From a virus (Duplodnaviria; Caudoviricetes), in IMG/VR virus record IMGVR_UViG_3300042897_000083, positions 1 through 36,633 of that record: a stretch of DNA of 36,633 bases. The stretch is one strand, 5' to 3'. Below, piece by piece: positions 17,692 through 29,700 of the stretch; within the stretch, counting starts at the first letter, position 1; each line of letters opens with the position of its first letter. The notes beneath the pieces were generated by a model. It was not told the DNA's origin. It saw nothing but the letters and a program-made list of their open reading frames with translations, and did not search any database. Both the position numbers and the translations under genes were made by a program.

Positions 17692-20600
17692 TGGCAGCTA
17701 GTGACGGATCGTTAAGTTACGAAGAGTTCATGGCGCTTGATGCGCCTGCAAAACCCAAAGAAGCTGCATCTAGTGATGGCTCTATAAGTTACGAAGAGTT
17801 TATGGCTTTGCCTAACGCTCCTGGCAGTGCTGGCGGTAATAACGTTGAGAAGCAACGCGCTAATAGAACTGCTGGCGAGATAATCGGTGACGTTGGTTCG
17901 CAACTAGGCAAAGGAGTCAATACCATTGCTGGTGCAATACCTAACTTGCTTGACCCATCATCGCCCGTTTCCAAATTCTTTAATGACAACGCTCAGTATT
18001 GGCAGAATGACCAGTCGCAGATAACGAAATCACTTGAGGCGGCGGCAGACGAACGTATAAAAGAAGCAGCCAAAACAGGCCAATGGGAAGCATTCAAAAC
18101 AGCAGTAGTCGAGTATGGCGCGGAGCCAGCGCTTGTACAAAAGCTGATACTTGAAAACATACCGAGCATGATACCCGGTCTGGCCGCAGCCAAAGGCGCG
18201 CAAATTGCGGCCAAAGGATCAGTGCTGGCGGGGACAATAGCAGGGGCAGGGACAAACTCCGTCCTGAATGCTGGCGGAGCAAGGCAAGAAGCATATCAGG
18301 ACACAAAGAAAACACTGATTGAACGCGGCATGACCGAATCAGAGGCAGATGCCAAAGCATTGGAGATGTCCATTTTGCCAGCTACTGTTGGCGGTGTAAT
18401 GGGTGCGGTTTCTGGCGGTACTGGTCTTGAACGCGGCATACTTGGCGGAGCTAAAGGCGGTTTTACTAAGAGACTTGGGATAGAGCTTGGTGGCGAACAA
18501 TTAGAAGAGGTTACACCGGGCATTGCAACGAACTTGCAACTTGGCCGCGATCCGCTGTCAGGCGTAGGCGAGACTTCCGCAAAGACATTAATTGCATCTT
18601 CGCCCGGCGCAGTTGTTTCTGGATTCCACGGCCAGAAACAAGACCCAACCAAGCCACCAGAAGACATACTCAAAACAACCAACACCGATGAACTTGTCGC
18701 CGGAGCAAATAACTTTAACGCCCACGACACAACTTCAACCGAAGACTACGTTGCCCAAGCGAAAGCAGACCAAGCCGCTAGAGCGCAGAATCAAGCTGCC
18801 GATATGCCCGTTGAGAATCTCGATACACGGCCTGACGGCAGTGTTAGCGTAGTATCAACAGGAACAATCCCATCCGTAACGCCACCTCCTTTAACGCCTT
18901 TACCGCCTTTAACTCAGTCAGTCGCGGAAACTGTCACGCCGACACCACCAGCAGTTACAACGCCAACACAGCCAAACGTAGAGACTCCAAAAGTACAGTA
19001 CGGCAATCCGCTTGTGAACATGCCGAAGCCAAGCTCACTTCCAAATGAACATAGAATTAACCCTGTTACTGGCAAAGACCGTCCACATAAAGGCACGGAC
19101 TATCCAGCAGTAGAAGGCACGGCAGTTCAATCTACGGCAGAAGGCACAGTTGAGTTTGCTGGCAAAAAGACTGGCTACGGCAATGTCGTCATCATCAAGC
19201 ACCCTGACAATTCAACCACGCTCTATGCTCACCTGAACAACATTACAGACGGATTGAAGACAGGCGTTCAAGTAGCGCAAGGCCAGCAAATAGGTGGAGT
19301 AGGTAGCACAGGCAATTCAACAGGCAATCATCTTCATTACGAGCATAGGGAGCATGACGGCAAGCCATCCGGGTATATCCACCAACAACATGCTTCCGAA
19401 TGGGAGATTGCACAGCGCAATGGCACTGCACCAACCGTAGATACAACCGACGACAACACACAATCAGCCGCTGACGAACTCAGATCACGCATAGCAGTTA
19501 ATCAATTGCCTGACGCGCCTGTTGAACAGAGTCAGCCTGATGTTAGTGAGCCGCCAGTAAACATTTTACAAAAAGCCAAAGAAGCGCGTATAGATAAGCT
19601 GAATGATGCGATTTTGGCGGACGGTGTGCTGGAAGGCAACAAGCTCACTATGCCGGATGGTAGAGTAATCGAGTTATTCCCGAATGAAATCGCCTACGTT
19701 GAAAATACCATGCGTATGGCACAAGGATTACCAGTTCAGCCAACGAAAGGACAAAATGTTCAAGAAACTATTGCAGCAACTCAAGGAAGTATTGACGGAC
19801 TTACGCCTCAAACTGGCAGTGCGGTGGGAGATGTTCAAAAGCAGGTAGCGCAAGAAGTGGCGGTAGAGTCAGCGCAAATTATATCGTTACGAAAAAAACT
19901 GAGTGCAGCAGATCAAGCCAATGACCTTAATGGAATTTACACGGCGGCGAAAGAGCTTGATGCCGCCATTATTCCAGTCGTGCAAGCGCGGATTGATTCT
20001 GGGGAAATGCCGGTATTCAAGGGTAAGAATTTAACCTACGCAGTACATCCTGCCACCGATAGCATTCACGCCTACCAAGTAACAAGGTATGGTGATGATG
20101 GGGCATTAGGTGATACACGCTATAACACGCTAGAAGAAGCTGTGAGGGATTCGCGTTTATCCACCATTGATATGCTAACGAGTAATGCAGCCATAGCCGA
20201 AATGAACCGCTTGGCGAAGGCGGAAAGTGGGTATCAGGGTAGACGCACCAGCCAACCCGCCCCCGTCAAGATCGACAAAACAGCATTAAAAGCTGCTAGT
20301 GATGCGGTGGAGAAGACGGCGGAGGTTGTGGGTAAAGAGCCATCAATTGCAAGCGCAGAGCCGAAATTGATAAAAACACGGTCTTCTTATGGCGATACAG
20401 TTCATTTAATGCAGTCGGATATTGATGGTAATCGTGTTCAACTTCCAATTTACACATCAAAAGGCGAGCGCACAGGAAAATCAATCCATCGTGAAAACCT
20501 AGATCAATCAGGAGAAAAGCTTGCAGCTTTGAACGCTGAAAATATTGACAATCCAGCCTTTGATTTAATCACTTCCAAAGACGGGCGCACATTTGCAAGC

Positions 20601-20975
20601 CAGCCAGCAGCGCAGCGAGAATTAAACAAAAGAGCATTAAGTGACACTCACGAAATTGTACCGGCAGCGGAATTACAGGACGGCGTAACCGGGTTTGTCA
20701 TACGCAAGAAACGCCCAACCCAAGCCCCACAGTCCGAGCCAGCCCAAGCAGCAGCAGAGAGTAAGGCAGCCGATACCCAATCAACCCAAGAAAAATCTGC
20801 TAACAACACCCCTGAACGTGACGCTTCTAATATTATCCCGCTCAAGAAAATACCGCGCAGTCTTGAAATTGAAGTAGGTACAGAAGAAGGAGATAAAACA
20901 GTCAACGCCCACAAAGAAATGCGCTCAATCAATCAGCGAATTGCAAAGTATGAAGAACTGAGGGGATGCTTGTAA
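17691..20975 (+). CDS. Large ejection protein with M23 (LytM) peptidoglycan peptidase domain
   Basis: HKGTD (HxxxD), YGNVVIIKH, YAHL, VGSTGNSTGNHLHYE (HxH) at ~19080-19350; Gly/Ala-rich hydrophobic N-terminal region. Confidence 0.85.
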   Translation: MAASDGSLSYEEFMALDAPAKPKEAASSDGSISYEEFMALPNAPGSAGGNNVEKQRANRTAGEIIGDVGSQLGKGVNTIAGAIPNLLDPSSPVSKFFNDNAQYWQNDQSQITKSLEAAADERIKEAAKTGQWEAFKTAVVEYGAEPALVQKLILENIPSMIPGLAAAKGAQIAAKGSVLAGTIAGAGTNSVLNAGGARQEAYQDTKKTLIERGMTESEADAKALEMSILPATVGGVMGAVSGGTGLERGILGGAKGGFTKRLGIELGGEQLEEVTPGIATNLQLGRDPLSGVGETSAKTLIASSPGAVVSGFHGQKQDPTKPPEDILKTTNTDELVAGANNFNAHDTTSTEDYVAQAKADQAARAQNQAADMPVENLDTRPDGSVSVVSTGTIPSVTPPPLTPLPPLTQSVAETVTPTPPAVTTPTQPNVETPKVQYGNPLVNMPKPSSLPNEHRINPVTGKDRPHKGTDYPAVEGTAVQSTAEGTVEFAGKKTGYGNVVIIKHPDNSTTLYAHLNNITDGLKTGVQVAQGQQIGGVGSTGNSTGNHLHYEHREHDGKPSGYIHQQHASEWEIAQRNGTAPTVDTTDDNTQSAADELRSRIAVNQLPDAPVEQSQPDVSEPPVNILQKAKEARIDKLNDAILADGVLEGNKLTMPDGRVIELFPNEIAYVENTMRMAQGLPVQPTKGQNVQETIAATQGSIDGLTPQTGSAVGDVQKQVAQEVAVESAQIISLRKKLSAADQANDLNGIYTAAKELDAAIIPVVQARIDSGEMPVFKGKNLTYAVHPATDSIHAYQVTRYGDDGALGDTRYNTLEEAVRDSRLSTIDMLTSNAAIAEMNRLAKAESGYQGRRTSQPAPVKIDKTALKAASDAVEKTAEVVGKEPSIASAEPKLIKTRSSYGDTVHLMQSDIDGNRVQLPIYTSKGERTGKSIHRENLDQSGEKLAALNAENIDNPAFDLITSKDGRTFASQPAAQRELNKRALSDTHEIVPAAELQDGVTGFVIRKKRPTQAPQSEPAQAAAESKAADTQSTQEKSANNTPERDASNIIPLKKIPRSLEIEVGTEEGDKTVNAHKEMRSINQRIAKYEELRGCL

Positions 20976-21247
20976 TGATACGTTCCAAGATGCTCACCAG
21001 CATTAAAGATGAAGCAGACAAGCGCGAACCACCGCAACCCGACATAGCGCAAATAATCGGCCAAGCCATTATTGAGGCTGGGCGCAATTCAGACAATGCC
21101 GCACTGGTTATTGCCAAAGCGTTACATAACCTTCCGCAACCCACCATCGTGCAAGCGCCGCCCAGCCCGCATATCAGTGGGCTTAAAGTAGTCCGCGATA
21201 GCAAGGGCGACATGACATCAGTTTTATTTATTTATGGGAAAAGTTAA
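20975..21247 (+). CDS. Small protein ending in a KVVRDSKGDM beta-hairpin motif
   Basis: TAATG overlap with the upstream stop (ORF track starts at 20966); motif resembles portal C-terminal extensions. Confidence 0.6.
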   Translation: MIRSKMLTSIKDEADKREPPQPDIAQIIGQAIIEAGRNSDNAALVIAKALHNLPQPTIVQAPPSPHISGLKVVRDSKGDMTSVLFIYGKS

Positions 21248-21274
21248 TGTTTAGATTATTTAAAAGGATGAAGT

Positions 21275-21685
21275 ATGGCACTTAATACACAAATGGCGGA
21301 CGCGACTGTGAATGCCCAAGCAGCAACGCTTACCACGCTTTGCAATTCGGGGATTATCAGGATATATGACGGAACGCAACCTGCAACGGCTGATACGGCT
21401 CTTGGGGCGCAGACGCTGGGCGTTACCCTTACCTTTAATGCGACAGCCTTTCCCGCTGCGTCGAGTGGTCTACTGACGGCCAACGCTATCACGGGCGGTA
21501 CTGCGGTTGCAACGATCACCCCAACGTGGGCGAGGATACTAAAATCGGATGCTACGACCGTGATTATGGATGTATCTGCGGGTGCTTCCGGGGCGAATCT
21601 GACAATCGGCGCCTTCACTTCTGGCACAACTGTCACTTGCTCTTCCTTCACCCACGATGTGAAAAATGCTCAATCAGGAATCTAG
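21275..21685 (+). CDS. Putative virion structural beta-protein
   Basis: IRIYDGTQPATAD...TWARI...MDVSAG motif recalled from phage structural clusters; AAGGA RBS. Confidence 0.7.
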   Translation: MALNTQMADATVNAQAATLTTLCNSGIIRIYDGTQPATADTALGAQTLGVTLTFNATAFPAASSGLLTANAITGGTAVATITPTWARILKSDATTVIMDVSAGASGANLTIGAFTSGTTVTCSSFTHDVKNAQSGI

Positions 21686-21695
21686 GAGATAAATA

Positions 21696-22373
21696 ATGGC
21701 CGCACCCGTAGCAGACAAAGTAATTCTCCCGCTCGACACAGGCAATACTGGCAAGAAAAAGCGCACGCAGACGCGCGTGGTCGGCGCGGATACGGTGCAT
21801 GAAGATTTCGTGATTATCACATCGAAGGATTCAAAGCTGGGCCTTTATCGGGTGCACTCAGGCACTTTGACCATCCCCTCAGCAGCCCACAATGGAACCA
21901 CCACTGGACACTTATGGTTTTCCAATCCGGTGGGAAGCGCGGTGAAGGGGCGCTTACGGCGGCTGCGAGAGACAGGGCAAACAGTCGCTGGAGCGATTGA
22001 TCTCACGGTGCCGCGCCAGCTTTTCAGCCTGTTTACCTTCACTGGTACTGCTTCCGGTACGACTATTACCCCGGCCAAGAGAGACTCGACCGACGCCGCC
22101 GCTGTGTGTACAGTGCGTACCGCATCGACAGGCATGACCGTGACGCTCGGAGCCACGATTCGTCATACCGGAGTGCCGTCAATTATTGCCACGGCCACCA
22201 GTGCGACCATACAAGTCACCCTGCCACCGAATATCTATCCGCCTTGGGAACCTGGCGAGGAAGAATGTACCGTAATTCGTGCTGGTGAAGGCGTTGTACT
22301 GTGGTCTGCTGATGCCAGCACCACGGCAAGCCGCCGTTTGTTTTCTGATTGGGCTTGGGAGGAATTCGAATAA
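21696..22373 (+). CDS. Putative virion structural protein
   Basis: AGGAG RBS, LPLDTGNTGKK start, IRAGEGVVLW...WAWEE end. Confidence 0.65.
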   Translation: MAAPVADKVILPLDTGNTGKKKRTQTRVVGADTVHEDFVIITSKDSKLGLYRVHSGTLTIPSAAHNGTTTGHLWFSNPVGSAVKGRLRRLRETGQTVAGAIDLTVPRQLFSLFTFTGTASGTTITPAKRDSTDAAAVCTVRTASTGMTVTLGATIRHTGVPSIIATATSATIQVTLPPNIYPPWEPGEEECTVIRAGEGVVLWSADASTTASRRLFSDWAWEEFE

Positions 22374-22570
22374 TGGCTGAGATTAAAACATGTGACATCC
22401 CCAGATGCACTCTCCCCGCCCGAACCGTAACGGTCGCAGTCGATACGGTTAATGATGCTGGCAATGCCATTGGCGTATCGTATGCAATTGACGTTTGTGA
22501 TTCGATGCGCGACGAACAGGCAGGGATTTTATTCGCGCGGTGCTTGGCCGAAATAAATATGGCGGCATAA
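22373..22570 (+). CDS. Small Cys-containing hypothetical protein (65 aa)
   Basis: TAATG overlap, GGAGG RBS. Confidence 0.55.
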   Translation: MAEIKTCDIPRCTLPARTVTVAVDTVNDAGNAIGVSYAIDVCDSMRDEQAGILFARCLAEINMAA

Positions 22571-23767
22571 GTGGCAGATGTCTGGGGCTGGTTCGGCAAT
22601 CGGTCATCCGGCGAAGGCACAGAGTTTCAGACCCCGGCAACCGAGAATACTTGGTCGCTGCATGACGGTAAGGCCGGAGGTGTAGATACTACCTTTGCCA
22701 CACCAGAAACCGAGCAGGCTAGTCCCCCATGGTTGCGTGGCGGTCAGATGGCGCAGGCCGCAGAAAGCGGCGGCGGGTCGGTAGATTGCACTGTTGCATC
22801 GAGTCAAGCTCAGACAGCAGCCGGTACTCTAGATAGAGCAATTGCAAGTACACAGGCGGCAGCGCAAGCGCAGACATCTAGCGGAACATTATCGAGAGCA
22901 TCAGACTCAACGCAAGCGTCGGCGCAAGCCCAGACTGTTTCCGGTGCATTAAGCGCATCCGTCACCGTAGACTTAACGGCAGCATCGAGCCAAGTCCAAA
23001 CCTCTGTTGCGACACTGGCTTGCGCTCTTGGATGTGTATCGGTAGAGCAACAAGCCCAAACCTCCTCTGCGACGTTAGCAAGGACTTTAGATAGCACAGC
23101 AGCATCAAGTCAGACGCAAGCCGCCGTGGCTACGCTGGCACGTACTCTGGACAGCGTATCGGTAGAGAGTCAATCACAGACATCCATCGCAACGCTGGCG
23201 CTCAGTCTATCTTGTGTATTGGCAGAGGCTCAATCTCAAACCGTAACGGGAGATTTTGCAAGGTCACTGAGTAGCTCGGTTGCCGGAAGCCAAGCCCAAA
23301 CGTCAATCGGTACGCTGGATATAGAAACATCGGTGGACGCAGTGTCGATGTCGGCACAAGCCCAATCCGCTGTTGGCGCTACTGCCTTATCGCTAGATAG
23401 CACGGCGATTACTTCGCAAGCCCAAACATCCGTGGCGGGACTTGCGATATCACTGGATAGCGTGGCCACGCAGTCTCAGGCGCAGAGTTCTGAGGCATCG
23501 TTCTGGTTTTCGTTAGATGGTACATTCGCATCAAGCCAAGCGCAAACCAGTCAGGGCGCTTCCAGTCAGGGCGCTTTAATATTGCCGGGGCGGTTGGCGG
23601 TTGGTGGTGGTGGTGGTGGGAGGCGTGTACAGACTGATGACGGTGAAAGTTTGGCTGAGATACGCAGCCGTTATAAAAAAATTGATATGCAACGCAAGCG
23701 CAGGAAAGAAGAAGAAATAGTGATCCATATAATCACGCAAGCAATAACACAAGGGTTGATAAAATGA
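22571..23767 (+). CDS. Repeat protein with 13 x ~20-aa SQAQTxxxTL units (fibre/filament-like)
   Basis: Repeats counted in translation; poly-Gly hinge and RRKEEEIVIHII C-terminal motif. Confidence 0.75.
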   Translation: MADVWGWFGNRSSGEGTEFQTPATENTWSLHDGKAGGVDTTFATPETEQASPPWLRGGQMAQAAESGGGSVDCTVASSQAQTAAGTLDRAIASTQAAAQAQTSSGTLSRASDSTQASAQAQTVSGALSASVTVDLTAASSQVQTSVATLACALGCVSVEQQAQTSSATLARTLDSTAASSQTQAAVATLARTLDSVSVESQSQTSIATLALSLSCVLAEAQSQTVTGDFARSLSSSVAGSQAQTSIGTLDIETSVDAVSMSAQAQSAVGATALSLDSTAITSQAQTSVAGLAISLDSVATQSQAQSSEASFWFSLDGTFASSQAQTSQGASSQGALILPGRLAVGGGGGGRRVQTDDGESLAEIRSRYKKIDMQRKRRKEEEIVIHIITQAITQGLIK

Positions 23768-26700
23768 GTTTAGCGGGTTGCATATCAAAGGCAAATTCAA
23801 GTAAGCCAAATACTTTCACGGCAGAAGAAGGGTTACGCCTGAAACAAGCTGCACGTAAACTTGAAAAAGCTGGAACGGCAAAAGATGTTGCCGAAAAAAT
23901 GGCCGTAGATGCCGAGCTTAAAACGCTATATGCCGAGCAAAAAGAACTATCTGATACTATCTATGATACGCCGCACGGCGTGCAATTACGTATTGCTCAG
24001 GCGCTTGAAAATAAACATTCCAGCATCAAAAATAATGAGGCTGCCACTGTTGAAAGTTCATCCGAATCTGTGCAGACATTGGTAGATAATCAGAATGACG
24101 TGTCTAAGAAACAAAATAAATTAACTCCAGCAGAAGAAAAGCGGTATCAAGAACTTGTTGATTTTGACGATGCTGGCGTGATAAGCAAGAGTGGGAAAGA
24201 CCAGTACGGCGACCCAAGCGACACGGTTGTTGCTGCATGGAAAGAATATAAGTCTCTTGAGAAAAGGCGCAATGCCGACACATCGCCAGAACGTGTAAAG
24301 AAAAGCGGGGAAAGTGGGCAGGGTGAGTCAGCAGCCATAGAGGATTTCGGGGAGAAAATATCCGGGGCGCGTAAAGAATATGCCGCATCCTACAAAGACA
24401 AGATGGAAGCAGCAAAGGAAATGGATGTCCTTGCACAGCCTCTGTCTAAGTCATGGCCTGAGCCTGATTATCAAAAGCTTATTGAAGCTGGCGCAAGCAA
24501 GCGAGTGGTTGGATTGGTGCGCTCGATGCGCGATGAAATACCGAACAAACCGGGCAAGTCGTACCGTCAATCTACGTGGGCGAAGCAAGTTGAGCTATTG
24601 CGCGATACCGCAGACAGGATGCTTAATGATAAAGAGTTCGCCGAGAAATATCAGGCGGAGTTCAAAAAGACGGAACACCTTAAATTAGACGATGCAATCA
24701 ATGGTAGGGCGGAACTGTACGAGTTGCTAGGGCATGAAAAATCACTAAAGGGTATCCGCATATCACGTAGCATGTACGGAGTTTATAACGGCGCCCCATA
24801 TAACCCACACAAGATTATATGGGAGGTAACTAAGGATGCCAAGGCGACTGCGTTCGGTAATATGCCAAAGACGTTAGGTAGCGGTGACACACGGCAGGCT
24901 GCAATAGACTCGTTTACTAAAGCGTACTCCGCGCTCGATACAAACAAGGAAAAAGACAACAAGACAAAGTTTGAATTATATGCAGACAGGTATGCCAAGG
25001 CTGGAGACAAGGGGCAATTCTTCATCGGCAAGAAAGTTGGGCGCAATGTAATTCATATCAAGGACGGGTTTGATACCGTAAAGGAAGCTCGTTCCTATAT
25101 TACCAACAACAATGATGAGCTTGCCGCAATCCTTGAGCAAAAGAAGGCGATACCAAATGAGCGTTACGACATCAATCAGCCTCGTGTCGGGCAGGATATG
25201 CGTAATGCTCAAGATGTTACGCCTGAAATGTTCTCCGAGGCATTCGGTTTTCGTGGTGTGCAGTTCGGCAACTATGTTGAGGGTGCTCGCAGACAGCAAG
25301 ACCTGAATAACGCATACGATGCGCTGATGGACTTAGCTGCCGTTCTTGATATACCGCCAAAAGCAATATCACTTAATGGCGAGCTAGGTCTCGCGTTTGG
25401 TGCTCGTGGTATTGGCGGGAAGCACCCTGCTTCAGCTCATTACGAGTCTGGGCATATCGTAATTAACCTAACCAAAGGAAGTGGAGCAGGAAGCCTGGCG
25501 CATGAATGGTGGCATAGTCTTGACAATTACTTTTCTCGACAAGCCGGGAAGAAAGAGGATTACGCTACTGACCGGAGTGATGTAGCACTTGCAGCACGTA
25601 ACGCCGACTATTTCAAGAAGGATGATGGAATCCGCAAGGAAATGATCGACGCTTTCGGTTCGGTAGTGGGGGCAATCAAGAGCACCGCAATAAAGCAGCG
25701 GTCAGGCTCGCTGGATAACCGCAGAACGAAGGAGTATTGGGGAACTGGTATTGAAATGTCCGCACGATCTTTCGAGCGTTATGTCATCGCCAAGCTACAC
25801 GATAACGGGTTCGCAAACGATTATCTGGCGAACGTAGTATCTGAGGAATATTGGAATGCAGCCGAAGCGCTAGGAATCGGCGAGGGCGGAAGCTACCCTT
25901 ACCCGACTGAATCCGAACTGCCTGCTATACGCGATGGGTTCGACAAGTTTTTTCAGGTTATCGAGTCAAAAGAAACCGACAAAGGCGTAGCTCTATTCAG
26001 CCAATCCACCACCCCCGCCAATAATCCCTACACCTTATCCACCCTAGCCACTGCCATTGATAAAGCAATGGGGCGCGGATTCACCAAGTTACTAGAAGCC
26101 ACGGGCATGTTCAAGCTGATTGAAAGTTCCCAAATTGGGAAGTTTCTGGGTGAGGGGGTGAGGTTTAGCGTTTCCAGCCGAAAAGTAGCGCCGTCCGATT
26201 ACCCTGCCACACTCGCAAAATCAATTTTCCACACCAACACATTACGTCAGCATCCCGACTTTAAGGCCGCAAAAGAGGGTGGTGATGTGCTGGCGGCAAA
26301 ACGCATTGTGGACGACGTTTTCAAACCATCCGTTGCGAGCGAGATAAAAGCACTTTTTGATACAGGCAAGCCAATCTACATTATACCTGTTGCTCAACGC
26401 GAAGGTACAGGCATGAATATGATTCCTGCCGCGTATGCCCACAGGCTTGCCGCTGAAATCGGCGGGGTTGTGTGGACAAAAACCGTAAAGGTATCTGGAA
26501 AACACAATACAGACGCGACAGCGAATGAAAGAACGCGCAACGTACAAGAATTCGGCGGGGGCACTCCGCCTCCAGGATCACAAGTTTTAATTTTGGATGA
26601 CACCTTTACCAGTGGCGATACCTTTACCGCGCTTGTTGATCGCCTTGCAAATAATGGCATAACCCCCATCGCCGCGACAACGCTCGCCAATGGACGCTAC

Positions 26701-29700
26701 CAAAGCGAATTAACGCCCACGGAAGAACAGCGCGGAAAACTGCTTGCAAAAGCAGGATTAACAGAAGTACAATTCCAACATGAGTTCAGTTACCCAACAA
26801 GCCACCTTACCGGCTCCGAAATCCGACAATACCTCTTCAATGGTAAAGCAGGACGAACGGGCATCATTGATCGCTTCCCTGCAAAAAGAATTGGAACAAG
26901 CACTGAAAATTCTGGATCAACACCAGAAGTAAAGTATTCCGCCGATGGCTCCAGAATCCTAGCCTTCGTCAAAGATGGGGTAACACACCTTGTTTATGAC
27001 AACATATCCAGCACAGACGATAACGTAAAAGGCTTGCTCCTGCACGAAGTTGGTTTACATGCCCTAACCCTAGGCCGCACTGAGCCTGAATTCCAAGCCA
27101 TCCTCAAGCAGTTCAAGATGATGGGCAAGATGGGCAATGCACAAGTCAGAACAGCGAAAGAACAAGCCGCAGCCGAGAAGGTGGATAAAGCAGAAGGTCG
27201 CGTGCCGAAAGACACCGAGAAGCACCTGCTCGACGAAGAACACCTTGGACATTACTTGGAGCAAAATCCAAATTCATCCTTCACCCAAAAAGTAATAAGC
27301 TGGTTCAGGGCGCAAGTACGCAAGCTGGGCGCAATGCTTAAAGGCTCTGAAAAGTTCCAGTTCTTCCAGTGGGCAAACAAGCTGACACCGGAAGATATAG
27401 TGGCGATGGCAACTACGGCACTCAAGAACGCACCCACAACGCTGCAAAACGCACGAAGCAGGGGTGTGTTCAAGGCGGATACTCAGCAGCAGTTCTACAG
27501 CCAATTACGCAAAGTCATGCGCGATGCACCAGACAAGATATTCGGAAGCGGCAAGCAAGTAGCTTTATGGCTACAGGCAAACGCCGGGAAGAATGCAATC
27601 AAGTCTGATGAGATATTTTGGTCAGGGATTACTGACTGGCTTGATACCCAAGGCAAGGTAAGCAAGGCGGATGTGCTGGCGTTCCTTGATAATTCTGGCG
27701 TTAAGGTTGAAGTGACGATGTTGGGCGAATCGCTTGGGCTATCACCAGCACAGGAATTAGAGTTTAACGAGCTATTGGCTTTAGGGCGCAGTGCAACCCC
27801 GAAGCAGAATGAGCGCATTGCCGAGTTAATCGCCATCTCAGATAAGAATGAGGGCACAACCCCAACAACAAAACACGGCGGCGGCAACCTAGTCCTGCCC
27901 GATGGTGAGAATTACCGTGAGATCGTATTGACCGCACCACAAGCCGATAAGTGGGGCGAAAGCGATACCACGCACTTTGGAGACACAGGAGAAGGCAAGG
28001 CAATCGCATGGCTCAGGGTAAATGACCGCACGACCGCTACTGGCGAAGAGGCTTTGTTTATCGAGGAAGAGCAATCGAAGAGAGGGCAAGCTGGGCGGAG
28101 TGAAGGGTTTGCGTTAGAGTTAGATAAAAACATAAATCAAGATGATCTTATCGCAACTTTTATCAATAAATCAAAAGATAAATATAAATATGATTGGTCA
28201 GCAGAAGTACGAACTCCTAAAGGAATAAAAATAGGTGATTTTTGGGGTGGTGATGAAAAATTACCAGATGAAAACAGAGCTAAAGGAAATGCCTACAAAT
28301 ACTATCTTCGGGGAGATGTTGATTCTGTACCCCCCGCCCCTTTCGTTAGCGACGGCAACAACAAGGCCACCAACGCCCACATAACACTTGCCATGAAGCA
28401 CGCCATACTTGATGCTATTCAACGCGGCAAGACGGTTGTAGCGTGGACCACAGGGCAGCAGCAGAAGGATCGGTATGCTTTGAGCAAGCAGATTGATGGT
28501 CTATCCGTCCAGAAAGACCCATACGATCCAGTTTTTTACATCGTGCAAACAACTGGTAAAGATGGAAAAATTGAAAATCACGGACAACATAAAGAAAGTG
28601 AACTACAGAATATCATCGGTAAGGAACTCGCCAAAAAAGCTATTGACGACATTAACGCTGGTCGTGATGCGGCATACAAAGGACTTGACCTAGACGTAGG
28701 CGGCGAATGGGCAGATGCCATGTACGGCGACGAGAACGGCCTAAACGCATCCGGCAAGCCTAGCCTGATGACGCAAGCCGTGAATGAGATATTCAAGCAG
28801 TTGAAGATTGAGGGGAAGGTTGAGAGTGTTGAGATCAATCACGGGCGTATGTGGCAACCTGAAATCGAACAAGAGATTGACGACACTACATTACAACCCG
28901 GCTTCACCCTAACACCCGCCCTAGCAGCCAAAGTCACGAACGAAGGAATGACGCTGTTCAGCAAGGCCGAACCCGACCCAATAGCCGATCTCAACCCAAT
29001 AGCCGAGAAAAAAGCCATAGATGAAGCAATAGAGCGTGACAAAAAAGGCAGCACCAATACACCCAAAGAAAAGAAACCTGCTTCCGCCAAAGAAGAAACT
29101 CCAACCAACACTTTCGAGGCTCCCGGTCGCGCTCTAGGCTTACTGATTAAAGTATTCACCCGTAATGATCTGGTCGGTATGTACAAGAACACCGTCATTG
29201 GCCAGCACCTTAAAGATTACAAAGAACTGCGCGAACAGATTGCCGCCGATACCAACCAGCTATTTGAGGTAGCGGATAATTTCTTGGGTGACTTGCGCTC
29301 CTTGCCGAAAGACTTACGCACCACCTTTGCAGACTTGGCGCATCAATCAACTCTGTACGCAGTAGACCCTGCTAAGGCAACGTATGTGCCGGGTGCAGAC
29401 GCTAAAGAACTGGCTGCTTATCTTGCCACTAACCCAAGCAATAAAAAGCTGGTGGATAGAATAAAAGCCAGATTAGCTTCAATGGAGGACGCGCATAAAC
29501 GGCTACGCGCTATGTATGTAGGTTTGCCTGATACCAAGTTCAAGAACGGTAAGACCGCACGGGACTTGTTCGACGGCTTGCGCCAGCGGTACATAACTCA
29601 AACCACGTTGATGTTCGAAGCGTTTGAAGGCCGCATTAATCGGCTTGAGGTTGACGCTGATGTCAAGGCTAAAGCAATCGAGGAACTGCGAGGTCAATTA

